64,000 bases of DNA from the human T2T-CHM13v2.0 reference genome, Homo sapiens, in NCBI RefSeq assembly GCF_009914755.1, contig NC_060942.1; one strand, given 5' to 3'. Shown here in pieces: positions 49,495 through 64,000 of this stretch; within the stretch, counting starts at the first letter, position 1; each line of letters begins with the position of its first letter. Made by a program: the position numbers and the translations under genes. The notes under the pieces were generated by a model. The model ran no database searches. It saw only the letters and a program-made list of their open reading frames with translations, and was not told where the DNA came from.

Positions 49495-49597
49495 ATAATT
49501 AGCCAGGTGTGGTGGTACTTGCTTGTAATCCCAGCTACTTGGGAGGCTGAGGCACGAGAATTGCGTAAAACAGAGTGAGACTCTGTCTCAAAAAAAT
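49495..49597 (+). mobile_element. Alu right-arm fragment with internal deletion
   Basis: ttagccaggtgtggtgg...gaggcacgagaattgc joined directly to acagagtgagactctgtctc. Confidence 0.85.
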
Positions 49598-49821
49598 TTT
49601 TACAAAATTAAATAATTAAACTAACAAAAAATTGGAAGAAAGAGATGAAAAGAAGTGTGGAATTAATAATGTTCTCATGCTTCTCACTAAGAAATACACT
49701 GGTTCTCTCTACAGCTGCAACATGGATTTAAAATAACTAAACAATGATTCTAACATCTTAGCTTTCCAAAATCTCTTTTCTTCACCATATAATAATATTA
49801 AAAAATATATTGCATAATGAA

Positions 49822-50121
49822 GGTCTGGTATGGTGGCTCACACCTGTAATCACAGCACTTTGGGAGGCTGAGATAGGCAAATCATTTGAGACCAGGAGTT
49901 TGAGACCAGCCTGGGCAACATGGCGAAACCCATCTCCACAGAACAAAAATTAGCTGGGCATGGTGGCATGCACCTGCAGTCCCAGCTACTCAGGAAGCTG
50001 AGGTAGGAGGATCACCTGAGACCAGGAAGTCAAGGCTACAGTGAGCAGCGATTGTGCCACTGCACTCCAGCATGGGTGGCAAGAGTGAGACCCTGTCTCA
50101 ACTTAAATAAAAAGAAGAAAA
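49822..50121 (+). mobile_element. AluJ-like
   Basis: ggaggatcacctgag...gtcaaggctacagtgagc...gagaccctgtctc. Confidence 0.9.
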
Positions 50122-50399
50122 TTTTCTGAAAATGATGTTCACCTAATGTTAATAGTTCTAATTCTAGTTAATGAATGAGTATGATCATTTACACTAAAAC
50201 AGTAGAATAATTTGTCTTACGTCAAGGTATTCACATCTTAGGTGGTAGTGATAAAGTTTGACTTTAATGTATTTTCAAATTCTTAAAAATAATTACTGTT
50301 AAATACATTTTTTTCTTTCTAGCATTACTCTCCTGTGCTGCCTATTGTCCAAAGTCTGAAAACCATTTTCATATATTTTGCTTACAGTGGAAAAGCAGA

Positions 50400-51680
<1,281 letters not shown>

Positions 51681-52404
51681 TAGGCAATTAGGTTCACACT
51701 AATGATTCCATGTAGAGAAACTTGGTAAAACATTTGAATTTACTCTTTTCTACTATTACATATGGAAAGGGAAGGGACCAAAATAAATCGAGATCAACAA
51801 GAAAGTCAGATTCTAGAGAAAAAGAACAAGTGTTTCAATATTTGAATTTGAAATGTCATCTAAAATATCCTGAAATCCAATGGAACTGAACTCAATGTGA
51901 ACTGAACTTTCCCTATCTTACCAACCCTGTTTTGGCAGTCAGCGAAGTTTAATTTTAATGCAAAATTCTCTGCTAACTTGAAAGTGTTTTAATTATAGAA
52001 TGAGGATACAGAAAAGTATAGAAAATAGCACAATAAAAAGTATAACCACATATGAATTATGCCAAAAACTAACATTTTGTCATGTTTGCTTCAAAGTTTT
52101 TTGTGTGGTTACAGTTACTTTTTCTTGTTCTGATTATTTTGTTATTGCTGCTGCTGAAGCAAATAATTATCTGGGTGGTAATGACACAAATATAGAATGT
52201 AATTTTCATTAGTTTTCCTTTAAAATTTGTGTGTTTTATATGCATGTTATACTTCAATTTTAAGATGTTTTTAAAAATCATATTTGTTTTTAATTCCTTA
52301 TTAAAAGAAAAGTCATGTTTAAAAAGTTGATTACATCAGTGAAAATATTACTTCTCATAGTATTTTACTGAAAACAAGAACCAAGAAATTTCTATGTTCA
52401 CATC

Positions 52405-54200
52405 AAAAGGTCAAGCTACAAAAGCAAAAATAAATTAATGGGGCTATATTAAACTAAAAAGCTTCTACACACCAAAGGAAATAATCAACAAAATGAAAAA
52501 GCAGCCTCTGAATTGATATAAAATATTTTCAAACCATATATCTGATAAAGGGCTAGTATCTAAAATATATAAAGAACTCACACAACTCAATAACAGAAAA
52601 ACAATCCCATTAAAAAATGGGCAAAGGACCTGAATAGACATTTCTCCAAAAGAGACATAAATATGGTCAACAAGTATATGAAAATGTGCTCAAAATCACA
52701 TTTTGAGCTCAAAATTTCCCTGATAATTAATCAGGGAAATGCAAATCAAAACCATCACACCAGTGTGGATAGTCATTATGAAAAAGACAAGAGATAACAA
52801 GTACGGGAGGGGATGCAGGAAACAGAACCCTTACACACTGTTGGTGGAAATGTAGATTGGAGCCACCAAGGTGAGAAACAGTATATAGATTCTTAAAGAA
52901 ATTAAAAATAGAACTAGTGTATCATCTCACAATTCCTCTTCTGGGCATAAGGAAAATGAAATCACCACCTATAAAGATAGCTGCACTCCCACATTCACTG
53001 CAGCACTATTCAGAATAGCCAAGACAGACACAGCCAGAGAGTCCGTCGACAGACAAATGGATAAAGAAAATGTAATACATACAGTCATTTGCCACATAAC
53101 AATGTTTTGGTCAATGCCAGACAGCATATACAAAGAAGGTCCCAGATGATTATTACAAAATTCCTATCACCTAGATGTTGTAGCCATTGTAGCACAACAC
53201 ATTATTCATGTGTTTGTGGTGACTTTATAAAGTAAAAAAGTTCCAGTAAGCTAAGGGTAATTGATTATTAAAGAAAAATATTTTTATAAATTTAGTGTAG
53301 CCTAAGTGTCTAGTGTTTATAAAGTCTACGATAGCATACAGTAATGTCTTGGTCCTTCACATTTACTCACCACTCACTCATTGATTCAGTCAGTGCCACT
53401 TCCAGTCCTGCAAGTTCCATTCATGGTACCCTATACAGGTGTGCCTTTTAAAATCTTTTATACTGTATTTTTATGGTAGCTTTTCTATGTTTAGATAAAC
53501 AAATACTTACCATTGTGTTACAACTGCTTACAGTATACAGTAACAACGCTGTACTGGTTTGTGGCCAGCAGCAACAGGCTATACCTCACAGCCTAGGCGT
53601 GTAGTAGGCTACACTATCTTGGCTGTGTAAGCACACTCTACGATGTTCACAGAATGATAAAATCGCCTAAGGACACATTTCTCACAATGCTTCCCAATTG
53701 TTAAGTAGTGCATGGTTGTATAAACAAAGGAATATTATTCAGCCTTAAAAAAGAAGACCCTGACATTTGGCACAACATAGGTAAACCTAGAGGAGATTAT
53801 TCTAAGTGAAATAAACCAGAGAAAGAAAAATACTTCATGATCTCACATATATGTGGATTATCTTTTTAAAAAGTCAAATACACAGATAGAGGATATTACA
53901 ATGGGTACCAGGGGGTGGATGTGAGAAAATGAGGAGATATAGGTCAAAGTTACAGGTATATGGCATGAAGTCTAGAGATCTAATGTATAATATGAGGACT
54001 ATAGTTAATGATACTGTATTGTATTCAGGATTTTTGCCAAAGGAGAGTATCATTGCTCTTGCCACAAAAAATAAAGGAGGTAACTATGTGAGATGATGGA
54101 TATGCTAATTTACCTGACTATAGTAGCCATTTCTCTATGTACATGTATTAATATATCAAAACATCAAGTTGTATAACTTAAATATACACACAAAAAATAA
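52405..54200 (+). mobile_element. L1MA-type 3' portion (about L1MA8/9), split by Tigger3
   Basis: aaactaaaaagcttctacac...aaatgggcaaaggacctgaatagacatttctcc...aagtctagagatctaatgta...ggtaactatgtgagatgatggatatgctaatt. Confidence 0.82.
53082..53718. mobile_element. Tigger3 (Golem/MER7) non-autonomous element
   Basis: TA|cagtcatttgccacataac ... gttaagtagtgcatggttg|TA: degenerate TIRs with TA target duplication. Confidence 0.85.
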
Positions 54201-55666
54201 ATTTGTATGTTTTATACTCCTTCCACAATGGTCAAGATTCCTTAAATCTTAGTTGAAATTATGGTCATACTATGTAAGAGGCAAAAACATGACTTAAGGG
54301 AACATTAGAGAGGAGTAAATATAATATAAAAGCCCTACTGAAAATGAGGAGAAAACAAAGTGTCTGTACCCTTATAAAGAGTGAAAGCCCTGCCCCCTTC
54401 TCCTATAGAACCCCTAGCAAGGAGACTGGAAGAATCAAAAACAATCCACCCAAAAAATGGCCTGCAGGGACACAGTCCCAGAGAAAGAGACTATGTACAA
54501 CAAGGTACAGTAAGTAAGACCTGCCCACACACAGGACTTCCAATCGACTTCTTAGTGCTTACTCCTACAGATGAACAGATCAACCAGGGCCACCAGATGC
54601 TCCAGGAAAGACAGGAGTCCAAAAAGAAAATTCGGTAAGTTTGAATATATTTTGAGCAAATTTTCAGTTCTGTTGAAGTATTGGGGGTAGAATCAGTGTA
54701 TTAGTACACAAATAAAAAACAGGGCAATGATGTGCTACAGAAATGGTAAAACATGTTCAAGAAAGGAAACGCAATTATCCTACAGTACACAGCTGAACTA
54801 AAAATAACATCAAAAATAATAATGTAAAAGCTGAGTTAACCAAAAATGGTAATAAGATGGAAAAAGGAAAAAGTCTGTGTGCCGACAAGCGTGCTGGGAA
54901 CCCAGAGGGAACACTTGTGGAATGCAGGAAGAACCAATGACTATCTTCCATCTTAGGGCGATAATAGTTAATGTCTGCAACTGAAAAATCAAGAAATCAC
55001 AATATAAGTATGTTACTTCGAAACATGGACAGAACTGAAAGCATTTGCCTTACAGGAGTGGGAATCAGAAATAGGGTGAACATGGGTCTGTTATTTTTCA
55101 TTAAAACCTTGTACTTCTATACAAGTTTTAAAACTACATATGTGTATTACTTTGATGCAAAAAATAAAAAAAAAAAAATGCCAAAGAGAAACATAAGACC
55201 AGTTTGGGAATAAAACTCTCCAACAGGACCAAAATTTAAAAAGTTAAATTATGTTATGTTCTTTAAAAATATATATATAAAACAATGGATTTCTCAAACT
55301 TCTTCCATTTTGGTCCCTTTTTCTTCTCTAATTCTGTATGCATGAAGCAAACCTGTTTGACAATTTCTGCCACAATGAAAAAGTGGAAATGAAATGCTGA
55401 AGAAAAATGAACCCAGTAGCAGCAAAAGCATTTGTATCAATTACCAAAGAACCATTTTGAGAGAGTTTTTAATAGTGGTTAATAGTCATTCTGGAAAAAA
55501 AAAAAAAAAAAAGCACCGCTTCATAAATCTGAAGAAAGACATAACATTTCTAATACAGGTTCTCACAGGAACATCTACCAGAAAGAAATGTAAAGACTAG
55601 TAAATCTTACGTAGGGACATGTCTGTTCTGTTAACTCTAACTCTAATCCAAGTAATGGTAACTTAC

Positions 55667-55792
55667 CACTTCATGAATGGATCTGTTGAAGCCATCATCT
55701 TCCGTAAGGATCAACAATATTATAAGGGCCATATACACATGGTGTGAATTCCTTTCTTCAACATGATACAGAATCTCAAGAATTGGTAAAAC
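55667..55792 (-). CDS. DYM: Dymeclin coding exon (126 bp, phase 0-0; probably exon 11)
   Basis: tttttattctctag|GTT...GTG|gtaagt; encodes [42 protein letters not shown], joining in frame to ILKNITW. Not in the ORF track. Confidence 0.95.
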
Positions 55793-56954
55793 CTAGAGAA
55801 TAAAAATTATAATTGACTATTTCAATACTTCATTATAAATCCAAATGTTTTAAATCTTTACACTTTCATTTTGTGCTCTTTGCTTTAATATCAGTTATAT
55901 TTTTCATTAGAGAAAAAACCATATAAACCCACTTCTGACTGAATGTATTTTCCAAATGTATAGCTAAGATGCCAGTGGAGAAAATCACCACTAACTCTGT
56001 GAAGGTCTCTTAAGGTCTAACCAACATAAAGGTTGGATCTGCAAGGACCATTTAGGCTCGTTGTTTGTTTTGAAGATTTTAAGAAGTCACATTGCCTTCT
56101 CCCAACTTAACCAAAAAGTGGGAGTAGCGGGGAGAGCACAGCTGCTCAGAAGTTAACTTTTTAATTTATGTGCTTAGCACCACCTTTTTAAAGCTAGTAA
56201 GTAAAAAATATATTTCAAGAAATATATTTTAAATAAATATGTAATTAGACTCTTGGAACCCAAGGTGCATTTTCTCAACATGTGTATTAAGATCTGCTCT
56301 TCAGTATATCTATCAAACATTTCATTTCATAATGCTGTTTACCATTGTGCTTATTTCAAATCATTGACACCTTCAATTTGTTCCTTCTTCACTAAAGTAA
56401 GGAGGTTACTGAAATTATTTATTAAAGATGGGCAGACTATCTACATAGCATGTCTTGTTGGAAACAACCATGAACACTATCCACTGAATGCTAGAAAACA
56501 GGCAAAAAAAAAAATCTATCATCTAAATCAGACAACACATGTAATGAGCAAATTGTTTACACATACAAGTCCTTAAAGCACAGGCTGGTATGCAAAGCCC
56601 ACCAAAACAAGCTGGTATGCCTGGGGCATACGTGTTTTGACAGGCACACCTATTGCAGGAAGCTTTTAAAATGTGGCACTGGTATGTTTTGTTCTTTTAC
56701 AAGTTGTAGCTAAAACTTCCTCTAAATTATGAAGTTCAGTGCATGAGCACTATTAACTTCCAGGAACGAAGTATACCAGTTACCAAGCAGTCATTGCTCT
56801 GTCTCTTTTCCCAGGCATTCTTGTCTTCGGAGTTCCTTCTGACATTTTGTCAAACATAATACATTGTACTCACATTCCACATTACCTAGTAAGCATAGTT
56901 ACATTTTTTAGTCATTTAACTCAACATTTGTTAATTCTGATTCTGGAGTTTTCA

Positions 56955-57292
56955 ATATGCCACATAACATTTCCATTAACAACAGACCACATATATAACA
57001 GTCTGTGGTTGTATTGTCTCATAAGATTACAACATCATATTTTTACTGTACCCTTTCTATGTTTAGATACACAAACGCCATTGTGTTACAAGTGCCTGCA
57101 GTATTTAGTACGGTAACATGATGTACAGGTTTATGGCCTAGGAGCCATAGGCTACACCATAAAGCTTAGGTGTGTAGTTAGGCTCTACGATCTAGGTTTG
57201 TGTAAGTACATGCTATGATATTTGCACAATGACAAAATCACCTAATAAAACATTTCTCAGAACGCCTCCCCACATTAAGCAACATGTGACTG
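56955..57292. mobile_element. Tigger3a (Golem_A)
   Basis: About 340 bp; shares ctttctatgtttagata...ccattgtgttacaa...acatttctca...ttaagcaacatgtgactg|TA with the 53082 element. Confidence 0.82.
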
Positions 57293-57479
57293 TATATTTT
57301 ATGCCTTTTTTTTTTTTTTTGGCTACGCCTGTAGAAAGCACATCTTACCTATAGTACATAATACCAATAGAGTACTGAAAATATTGACAAGACACACAAG
57401 CAAATGGTATATTCAAAGAAATAATAATGTAAGAGTAAGTAACGGGTCCAATGAGACTATGTCAGAATAGTACTTCATT

Positions 57480-59940
57480 CTTTTAAATATTTGTATTCAG
57501 ATACAATTTACAGACCATACAATCCATTCAAAGTGCACAATTCAATGGTTTACCATATACTCAGAAATATGTGTAACCATCACCACAGGCAACTTGAAAA
57601 ATTTCATTATCTCAAAAACAAACCCCATACCCTTTAACTATCACCTCCCCCAGACCCCTATCTACCCTGCCCAAAGGAACCACTTTCTGTCTCTATAATT
57701 TCCCTATTCTGGACTTCCGTATGAATAGAATCATACACTATGTAGATTTTTGTGACTTTCTTTCACTGAACATGTTACCAAAGTTCATCCATGCTGCAGT
57801 ATGTATCAGGATCTCATTCCTTTTTATGTCAAATAATATCTCATTGCATAAACATACCACATTTCATTTATCCATTCTTCTGTTGACTAGCATTTGAACT
57901 GTTTCCACTTTTTTGCTATTATGAACAATGCTTCTATAAACATTCATTTACAAGTTTTCCTGCAGACATATACTCATTTCTCTTGGGTATATATCTAGCC
58001 TTGGAATTGCTGGATCATATGGTAACTGTTTCATTGTTTCAGGAACTACCAGACTGTTTCAAAGCCATTGCATCATATTACATTTCCACCAACAGTGTAT
58101 GAGAGATTAGATTTCTCCACATCCTCACTTCTTATTATCTAACATTTTATTCTAGGCATCACAGTGGGAGTAAAGTGGTATTTCGCTGTGATTTTGATTT
58201 ACACTTACCTGATGACTAATAATGTCAAGTTGTTTTTTTCATGGGTGTATTACTAGCTATTTGTATATCTTCCTTGCAGAAATGTTTACTCAGATCTTTC
58301 ATCCATTTTTTAATTGGGTTGTCCTTCTACTATTGGGTTTAAAAAGTTCTTTACATACTATAGATACAGTTCCTTACCAGAAAAGTGATTTGCAAATATC
58401 TTCTCACATTTTGTGGGCTGTTTTTTCACTTTCTTGATGGTCCTTTGAAGCACAAACGTTTTTATTTTGATGCAGTTCAATTTACCTGTTTTTTCTTTCA
58501 TTGCTCATGCTTTTGTTGTTATATCTAACAGTCATTTGCCAAATTCAAGGTCATGAAGATTTACCCCCATTTCTTCTAAGAGGTTTATAGTTTTAGCTCT
58601 TTTTAGGTCTTTGACCCATTTTGAATTAACTTTGTATATGGGGTGAAGCAAAAGCCCAACTTTATTCCTTTGCAAGTGACTACACAGTGGCACCAGTACC
58701 ATTTGTTGAAAAAACCTATTCTTTCCACATTGGTCTTGGCACCCTGGCTAAAAATCAGTTGATGATAGGTATATGGGTTTATTTCTAGACTCTCAATTCA
58801 ACTCCATTGATGTATTATGTCTATCCTTGTGCCAGTACCACACTGTATTGATTAGTGTTGCTTTATAGTAAGTTTTGAAATTAGAAAGTATGAGTCCTCC
58901 AAATTTGTTCTTTTTCAGGATTGTTTTGGCTATTCTTGGACCTTTGTAATTTTACATGAATTTTTTAATCATCTTGTCAATCTCTATAAAGAAGTCAACT
59001 AGGATTCTAATAGGTATTGTGCTCAATGTGTATGTCAGTCTGGGGAATACTGCCATCTTAACAATGTGAAGTACTGTGATCAGGGCTGGGTATGGTGGCT
59101 CATGCCTGTAATCCCAGCACTTTAGGAGGCCAATGTGGGAGGATTGCTTGAGGCCAGAAGTTTAAGACCAGCCTGGGCAACATAGCAAGACCCTATCTCT
59201 ATCTCTATTTTTTTTATGTTGCAATCAATGAATATGTGTTTCCCCATTTCTTTCAATAATATTTTGTAGTTTTCACAGTGTAAGTTTTGTACTTCTTTTG
59301 TTAAATTTCTGATGCTATTATGAACAGAACTATTTTCTTAACTTCATTTTGGGATTTCTCATATATAAAAATACTATTTTTTGCATATTGACTTTTTATA
59401 CTGATCCAGTATCCTGCAACTTTGCTGAACTCATCTATTAATTCTAAGAGTTTTTTAGTGGATTCCTTAGGATTATCTATATATAAGATAATGTCATCTG
59501 CAAATACAGATAATTTTACACCTTGCTTTCCAATCTAGATATGTTTAATTTCTTTCTCTTAATCAAATGCCCAGGCTAGAATCTCCAGTAAAATGTTGAA
59601 TGAAATGGCAAAAGCAGACATCCTTGTTTTGTGGCTGATCTCGGGGAGAAAGAAAACAGTGTTTTACCATTAAGTATGATGTGAGCTGTGGGGTTTTCAT
59701 AGAAGCCCTTTACTCATCTAAGGAAGTTCCCTTCTATTCCTAGTTTGTTAAATATTTTTATTTCATAAAAAAGTGATTACTTTGTCAAATGCTTTTTTCT
59801 GTATCTATTTAAATAATCATATGATTTTTGTTTTTTGCTCTGTTGATATGATGTATCACAATAACTGACTTTCAGATGTCCAATCAAGCTTACATTTCTG
59901 GGATAAATCCCACTTGGATATGGTATATAATTACTTTTAT
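57480..59940 (-). mobile_element. Old L1M (L1MB/MC-type) ORF2 3' half and 3'UTR, sense to DYM
   Basis: ggaattgctggatcatatggtaact; ctttgaagcacaaa; tgtgccagtaccacactg; atgtcatctgcaaata (reverse of the FADD codons); aggaagttcccttctattcctagttt. Confidence 0.85.
59084..59202 (+). mobile_element. FLAM / Alu left monomer
   Basis: ggctgggtatggtggctcatgcc...gcaacatagcaagaccctatctct; no right arm. Confidence 0.85.
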
Positions 59941-59949
59941 AATAGCACT

Positions 59950-61560
59950 TTAATTCTGAAAGAACTATCTAAACTGAGATCTGAAAAACTACTAGGAGTT
60001 ATCTGAGAAGAGGAAAAAGGAGAAAATTTCAAGGAGAAGTATTCTAGAGAGAAAAACCAAGTCTAAAGTTAGGAGATAGGTCAGATTGAGAGACATTAAA
60101 TTAATTCATTATGATTAAATAAAGAATAAAAAGAACATAATGGCAAAGAGATGAGACCCAAAATGGAAGCTGTGGCAAAATTATAAAGTGTCTTGTTAGC
60201 CACGTTAAGAGTAAGAGCTTTAACCTGAGGGCACTGTGGAGACATGAAAGGGCTTTAAAAGTAGGGAAGTGACATGATCAGATTTGACTCTAATATACTC
60301 ACTCTGGAAACAGGATAAAAAATATTAAAGAATAGCAAGTCAGAAAGCAGGAAAACCAGTTAAAGATGTTGCAATAATTTTAGTAAGAGATGAAGGCAGC
60401 TTAGACCAAAGGAATCGCAATGAGGAAAAAGAACACTAATACATTCCAAAGATAATAAGGAGAGAAAATAAAAAATATTTGGTTGGATATGGGGGAATGA
60501 GACAGAGGAGTCAAAGCTTTTGCCAACTCTATGGATGGCTCCCTGTGACAGAGAATACAGGAGTAAGAGAAGGAAGAGCAGGGAAAATAATGAACCCAAT
60601 TTTTACATGTTTGGTTTAAGGTGTCTATGAGACGGCCACTGGGAAATGTCTGGGGCAGCTGGATACATGGATATGAGATACAGGTAATCAGGACTGCAAA
60701 TACAGAACTGAACATATATGGCACATATAAATGGGAACATATACACTGGCAACATATAAATGGCAACTGAATTTGCTTAGATGTTTTAGGGAGAAGTACA
60801 GGGAAAAAACAAAAAGGACAGAATCCTGCAGCAGGACACATTTAAGGACAAGGAAAAATAACACATAAAAGAGAGAGAAAAGCAGTAGGCATAGAGGTGG
60901 AAAAACCAGCAGAGTACAATGATTGGAAAGCCAAGGTATATGTTTGTAGATATACGAACTGCACGTTTGGGCCCCCAAAATTAGTATGTTAAAACCCTAA
61001 CCCACAATGGGACACTATTAAGAGGTGGGGCCCTTGGGAGGAGATTAGGTAACAGGGGTGGAGCCCTCATGACGGGATTAGTACCCTTATAAGAGATAGG
61101 AGACAGCTTGCTTCTTCTCTGCCTCTGCTCACTGCCATGTGAGAACACAGCAAGTATATGACTATTGACAAACCAGTAAGCAGGTCTGCACCAGACTCCA
61201 AGGGGGCTGACATCTCTATCTTAGAAATCCCAGCCTACAGAACTACGAGAAATAACTTTCTGTTGTTTAAGCACCAGTCTATGGTATGTTTGTTAAAGCA
61301 GTCAGGCCAGACTAAATTCTGAACTGACTAAGCCAGAACTGACTAAGACATAGGTATTTGGCGGTTTAAAGAATAAAGAGATGAACAGTGTCATGCAGCA
61401 ATGCAGTCAAATAAGAAAATTATGAAACATGCCCAGAGATTTACTAATAATCAGGAGCTGCTGATGAGGAAGTTGTAGGAACAGATGTTAGATCACAACA
61501 GGTAGAAAAGTGCATAAGAAGTAAAGGCAAAGAATGTAGCTTTCAAGAAACTTAGCATGA
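59950..61560 (-). mobile_element. L2 fragment, interrupted by an MLT1A LTR
   Basis: gtgacatgatcagattt...gaggagtcaaag...tttaaggtgtctatgagac...gcagctggatacatgg. Confidence 0.65.
60950..61350 (+). mobile_element. MaLR solo LTR, MLT1A-like
   Basis: gaggtggggcccttgggagg...ggagccctcatgacgggattagt...ctgactaagaca; short terminal duplication (gaactgactaag twice). Confidence 0.78.
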
Positions 61561-61949
61561 AAACAAAAGAGCTAAAAAAAAATTTTCCTTTTTGATGTTT
61601 ATATAAAAACCACATTCAGAAAATAAAGGACTATTAGTCCATCTAAAACAAGATATAAAGATCCTATGTCATTTCTTTTATAATTAATGATAAATCATAG
61701 ACTGCATATCACTGTAAATATTAATCTCATTTTCTAAGTGTCTCTTCAGTGAAGTTTCAAATGAGTACGATATCAAAATGACAGGGGTTGCATATCTGCG
61801 ATATTGTGCAGGCTCAAGGCTTGACCCAAAAGCAGAAGACTGCTGGAGGCCTAAGGGAAATACCAGCCGAATCTCTGTTGGACTAATACAAACAGAAATT
61901 AAAAGAGTGACTAACTCACAATGCCCTGATTAAGAAAGTTACAAGCAAT

Positions 61950-62410
61950 ATAGTGTTGAAGTGACTATATATTATTTGTCCAAGATCCCTTCCTTAAGGA
62001 ACTTCCCTTTACCTTTGTGGCTATGGTGGCTTAGCATTAAGTGTGCCTCCTCCCATAGTCATTGGTCAAATAAGTGGATACACAACCCAAGAAGAGACTA
62101 TTGGAGCCCTTCATGAAATATTTCTGAAGTAGCTGTGTTTCCTCCTTTTAGCTTATGATATGTTGAGAGCTGCTGGTGGCCACCTGCCTCCCCACTTGGA
62201 AAGTGTGTGCCTGAGAATAAGGCCAAAGCTATAAAAGGCAGAGGCAAAAGATGGAGAGGCCAAGCCTGGATAACATCATTCAGCCCCTAGAACCAGCTAT
62301 GACTGAAGCCAAAAAAAAAGCACAAATTTTTCATTTGTACAGATATATTTCTTTTCTCTTATGCTAGGCATAAGCAATGGGTCTGTTACAACTAAAAGAA
62401 TCATGACCAT
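61950..62410 (+). mobile_element. Old MaLR LTR (MLT1K/L-like)
   Basis: gagagctgctggtggccacc...gtgcctgagaataaggccaa...gcccctagaaccagctatgactgaagcc...ctgttacaactaaaaga. Confidence 0.55.
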
Positions 62411-64000
62411 CTCAAATGTCTAGCTGCTTTTCTTGGTAAACATTTAATTGTGATAAAATATAAAAATTGTGTTCATGTCCCTAATGGGTTTTTCTAAAAA
62501 GTATGCCCTCTTATGCCCTGTTCTTAATATTTAGGCACTTGGATTCGCCCTAGACACTATTCAGAGACACAAAAAGAAAATGTAAGAGTCACTGTATTGT
62601 TATTCTAATAGATACCAACTAAAAATGTACTATAAGAAGTTATACCAGATTAATTAACTTGTTTTGAGTTAAAACAAGTCAAACAGTAGTGAGTCAGACC
62701 ATCAATAGAAAGAATCCAAGTTAGCCAACACCTGTCGCTGAATACAGGCAGGTCTGCCTCCAGCCTTATGGGATTTACACACAATAAGGTATTTCTTAGA
62801 AACACTGTAATCTGTTAAACATTACCTTCTTAATGTCAAAGACTGCAGAATAAAAGAATTGATAACTACAACAAAATCAGATCAGCACAGTAAATTTCCT
62901 ACTGATAACATATTTTCTAATCAGAGCCTCAACATATTTATTATAGAAGAAAGGTAAAAGGACAGATGGAGCATAAATTAAGAAATTATCCAACAAAACC
63001 AGAACAAATAAACAAACACCACCCTCCAAAAAAACTACAACACAAAACCTTTTAACCTTTCACCGGGTATGTCATCAAACGCAGACAGCTGCTCTCTGCA
63101 CCATCTTATATACCTGCATCCTTACCATACAACTTTCTGAAACAGGTGATGTCACAGGTTTCCTGCTTATTGCCAACGTTTCCCTTAGAATACAACATAC
63201 TCAGAATTGTCTCTATGCCTATCCATACCCATCAGGAAACAAGCCTTCTCTTTATAGGATTTTACTCATATAAGCAGCATACTTTCATACTCAATTTGCT
63301 ATTTAAGCAGTGTTTCCCACCTAGACCTGATGTGGAGACACTTTCACCACACTTTTTGTTCTTAGTGTCAATCTGATGTAGAATACATTCAATGAATTCT
63401 AGTATTCCATGTTTCTTCACTATTTATGCAGTATTTTATATTTAACACTGAAAAAATGGTAACCAAATACTGGGAGAATCCTGCTATCAACCTGTAAAAA
63501 CTGGTACAGAGGGAACATTTCATTGCTGTCAGCCAGCTACTGGCTATTTCCGGAATGTTCACATTTTTATGAATGTATTAAGGGTCCATAGTTATCTACA
63601 TACTATGTATTTCAAACAACATTAACACCTTGGTGAGGTAGCTTACTTTGCCCCTTATAGAAACACTGATGTTTGCACATTAGTCATAAAGGAAATCAAT
63701 TATTGCTTACAGGAGTTTTTGTCTATGAACAAAAATTTGAGAACTAATTTCACTCATGTAGTGATGGATAGTGTAATTTAAGTGATATCTGACAAAGGTA
63801 CCTTAAAATGACTATGAGACTCCAGGGAGTGAGTTCAGACAGTCCTAAAGCCTAAGCCTGCCAGAGTGGGTGGGATATTTGGGCAGCTGAGTTGAAACAT
63901 CATTTTCCTTTCAGCATTCTCATCAGGAATATTCTGCAACTGTGACGAGTAACATGAACTTGGTGGGCGGGTACTTAGCAGATGGCAGCGACCGAGATGA

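Noticed and set aside
58200-58215. Isolated consensus donors on the DYM strand (here, and near 6690, 14075, 53510, 57350)
   Set aside because: No convincing paired acceptor at exon-like distance; such motifs are common in L1/Tigger sequence.
60360-60978. Hydrophobic 79-146 aa minus-strand ORFs
   Set aside because: Lie in pyrimidine-rich decayed L2; no similarity to dymeclin.
63900-64000. GC-richer window end as the next upstream DYM exon
   Set aside because: No donor site or dymeclin-like peptide found; that exon probably lies beyond the window.

Overview
Human (or great-ape) genomic DNA, almost entirely intronic. Three minus-strand coding exons (55667-55792, 41875-41988, 40504-40598) have canonical AG/GT ends and splice in frame into a peptide I recognise as dymeclin (DYM, 18q21.1; probably exons 11-13, numbering from memory). 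Bases 1-5422 are most of an L1PA3/PA4-type LINE-1, antisense to DYM. It has no frameshifts but is inactivated by nonsense codons and a lost ORF2 ATG. The rest is a mosaic of about 24 Alus, solo LTRs (MER11, THE1, MLT1, LTR40), older L1M/HAL1/L2/MIR fragments, hAT/Tigger DNA transposon relics and microsatellites. Nearly all other ORFs in the track are repeat-derived artefacts. I see no new multi-gene system. The best leads are local: a probable L1 3' transduction, the retained ZNF93-target segment in the L1 5'UTR, three fold-back/palindrome signatures, an inverted Alu pair about 30 bp apart, a candidate 62-nt poison exon, and a (UC)/(UG) microsatellite beside a cryptic acceptor. Repeat subfamily names are from recalled consensus sequences and their boundaries are approximate.
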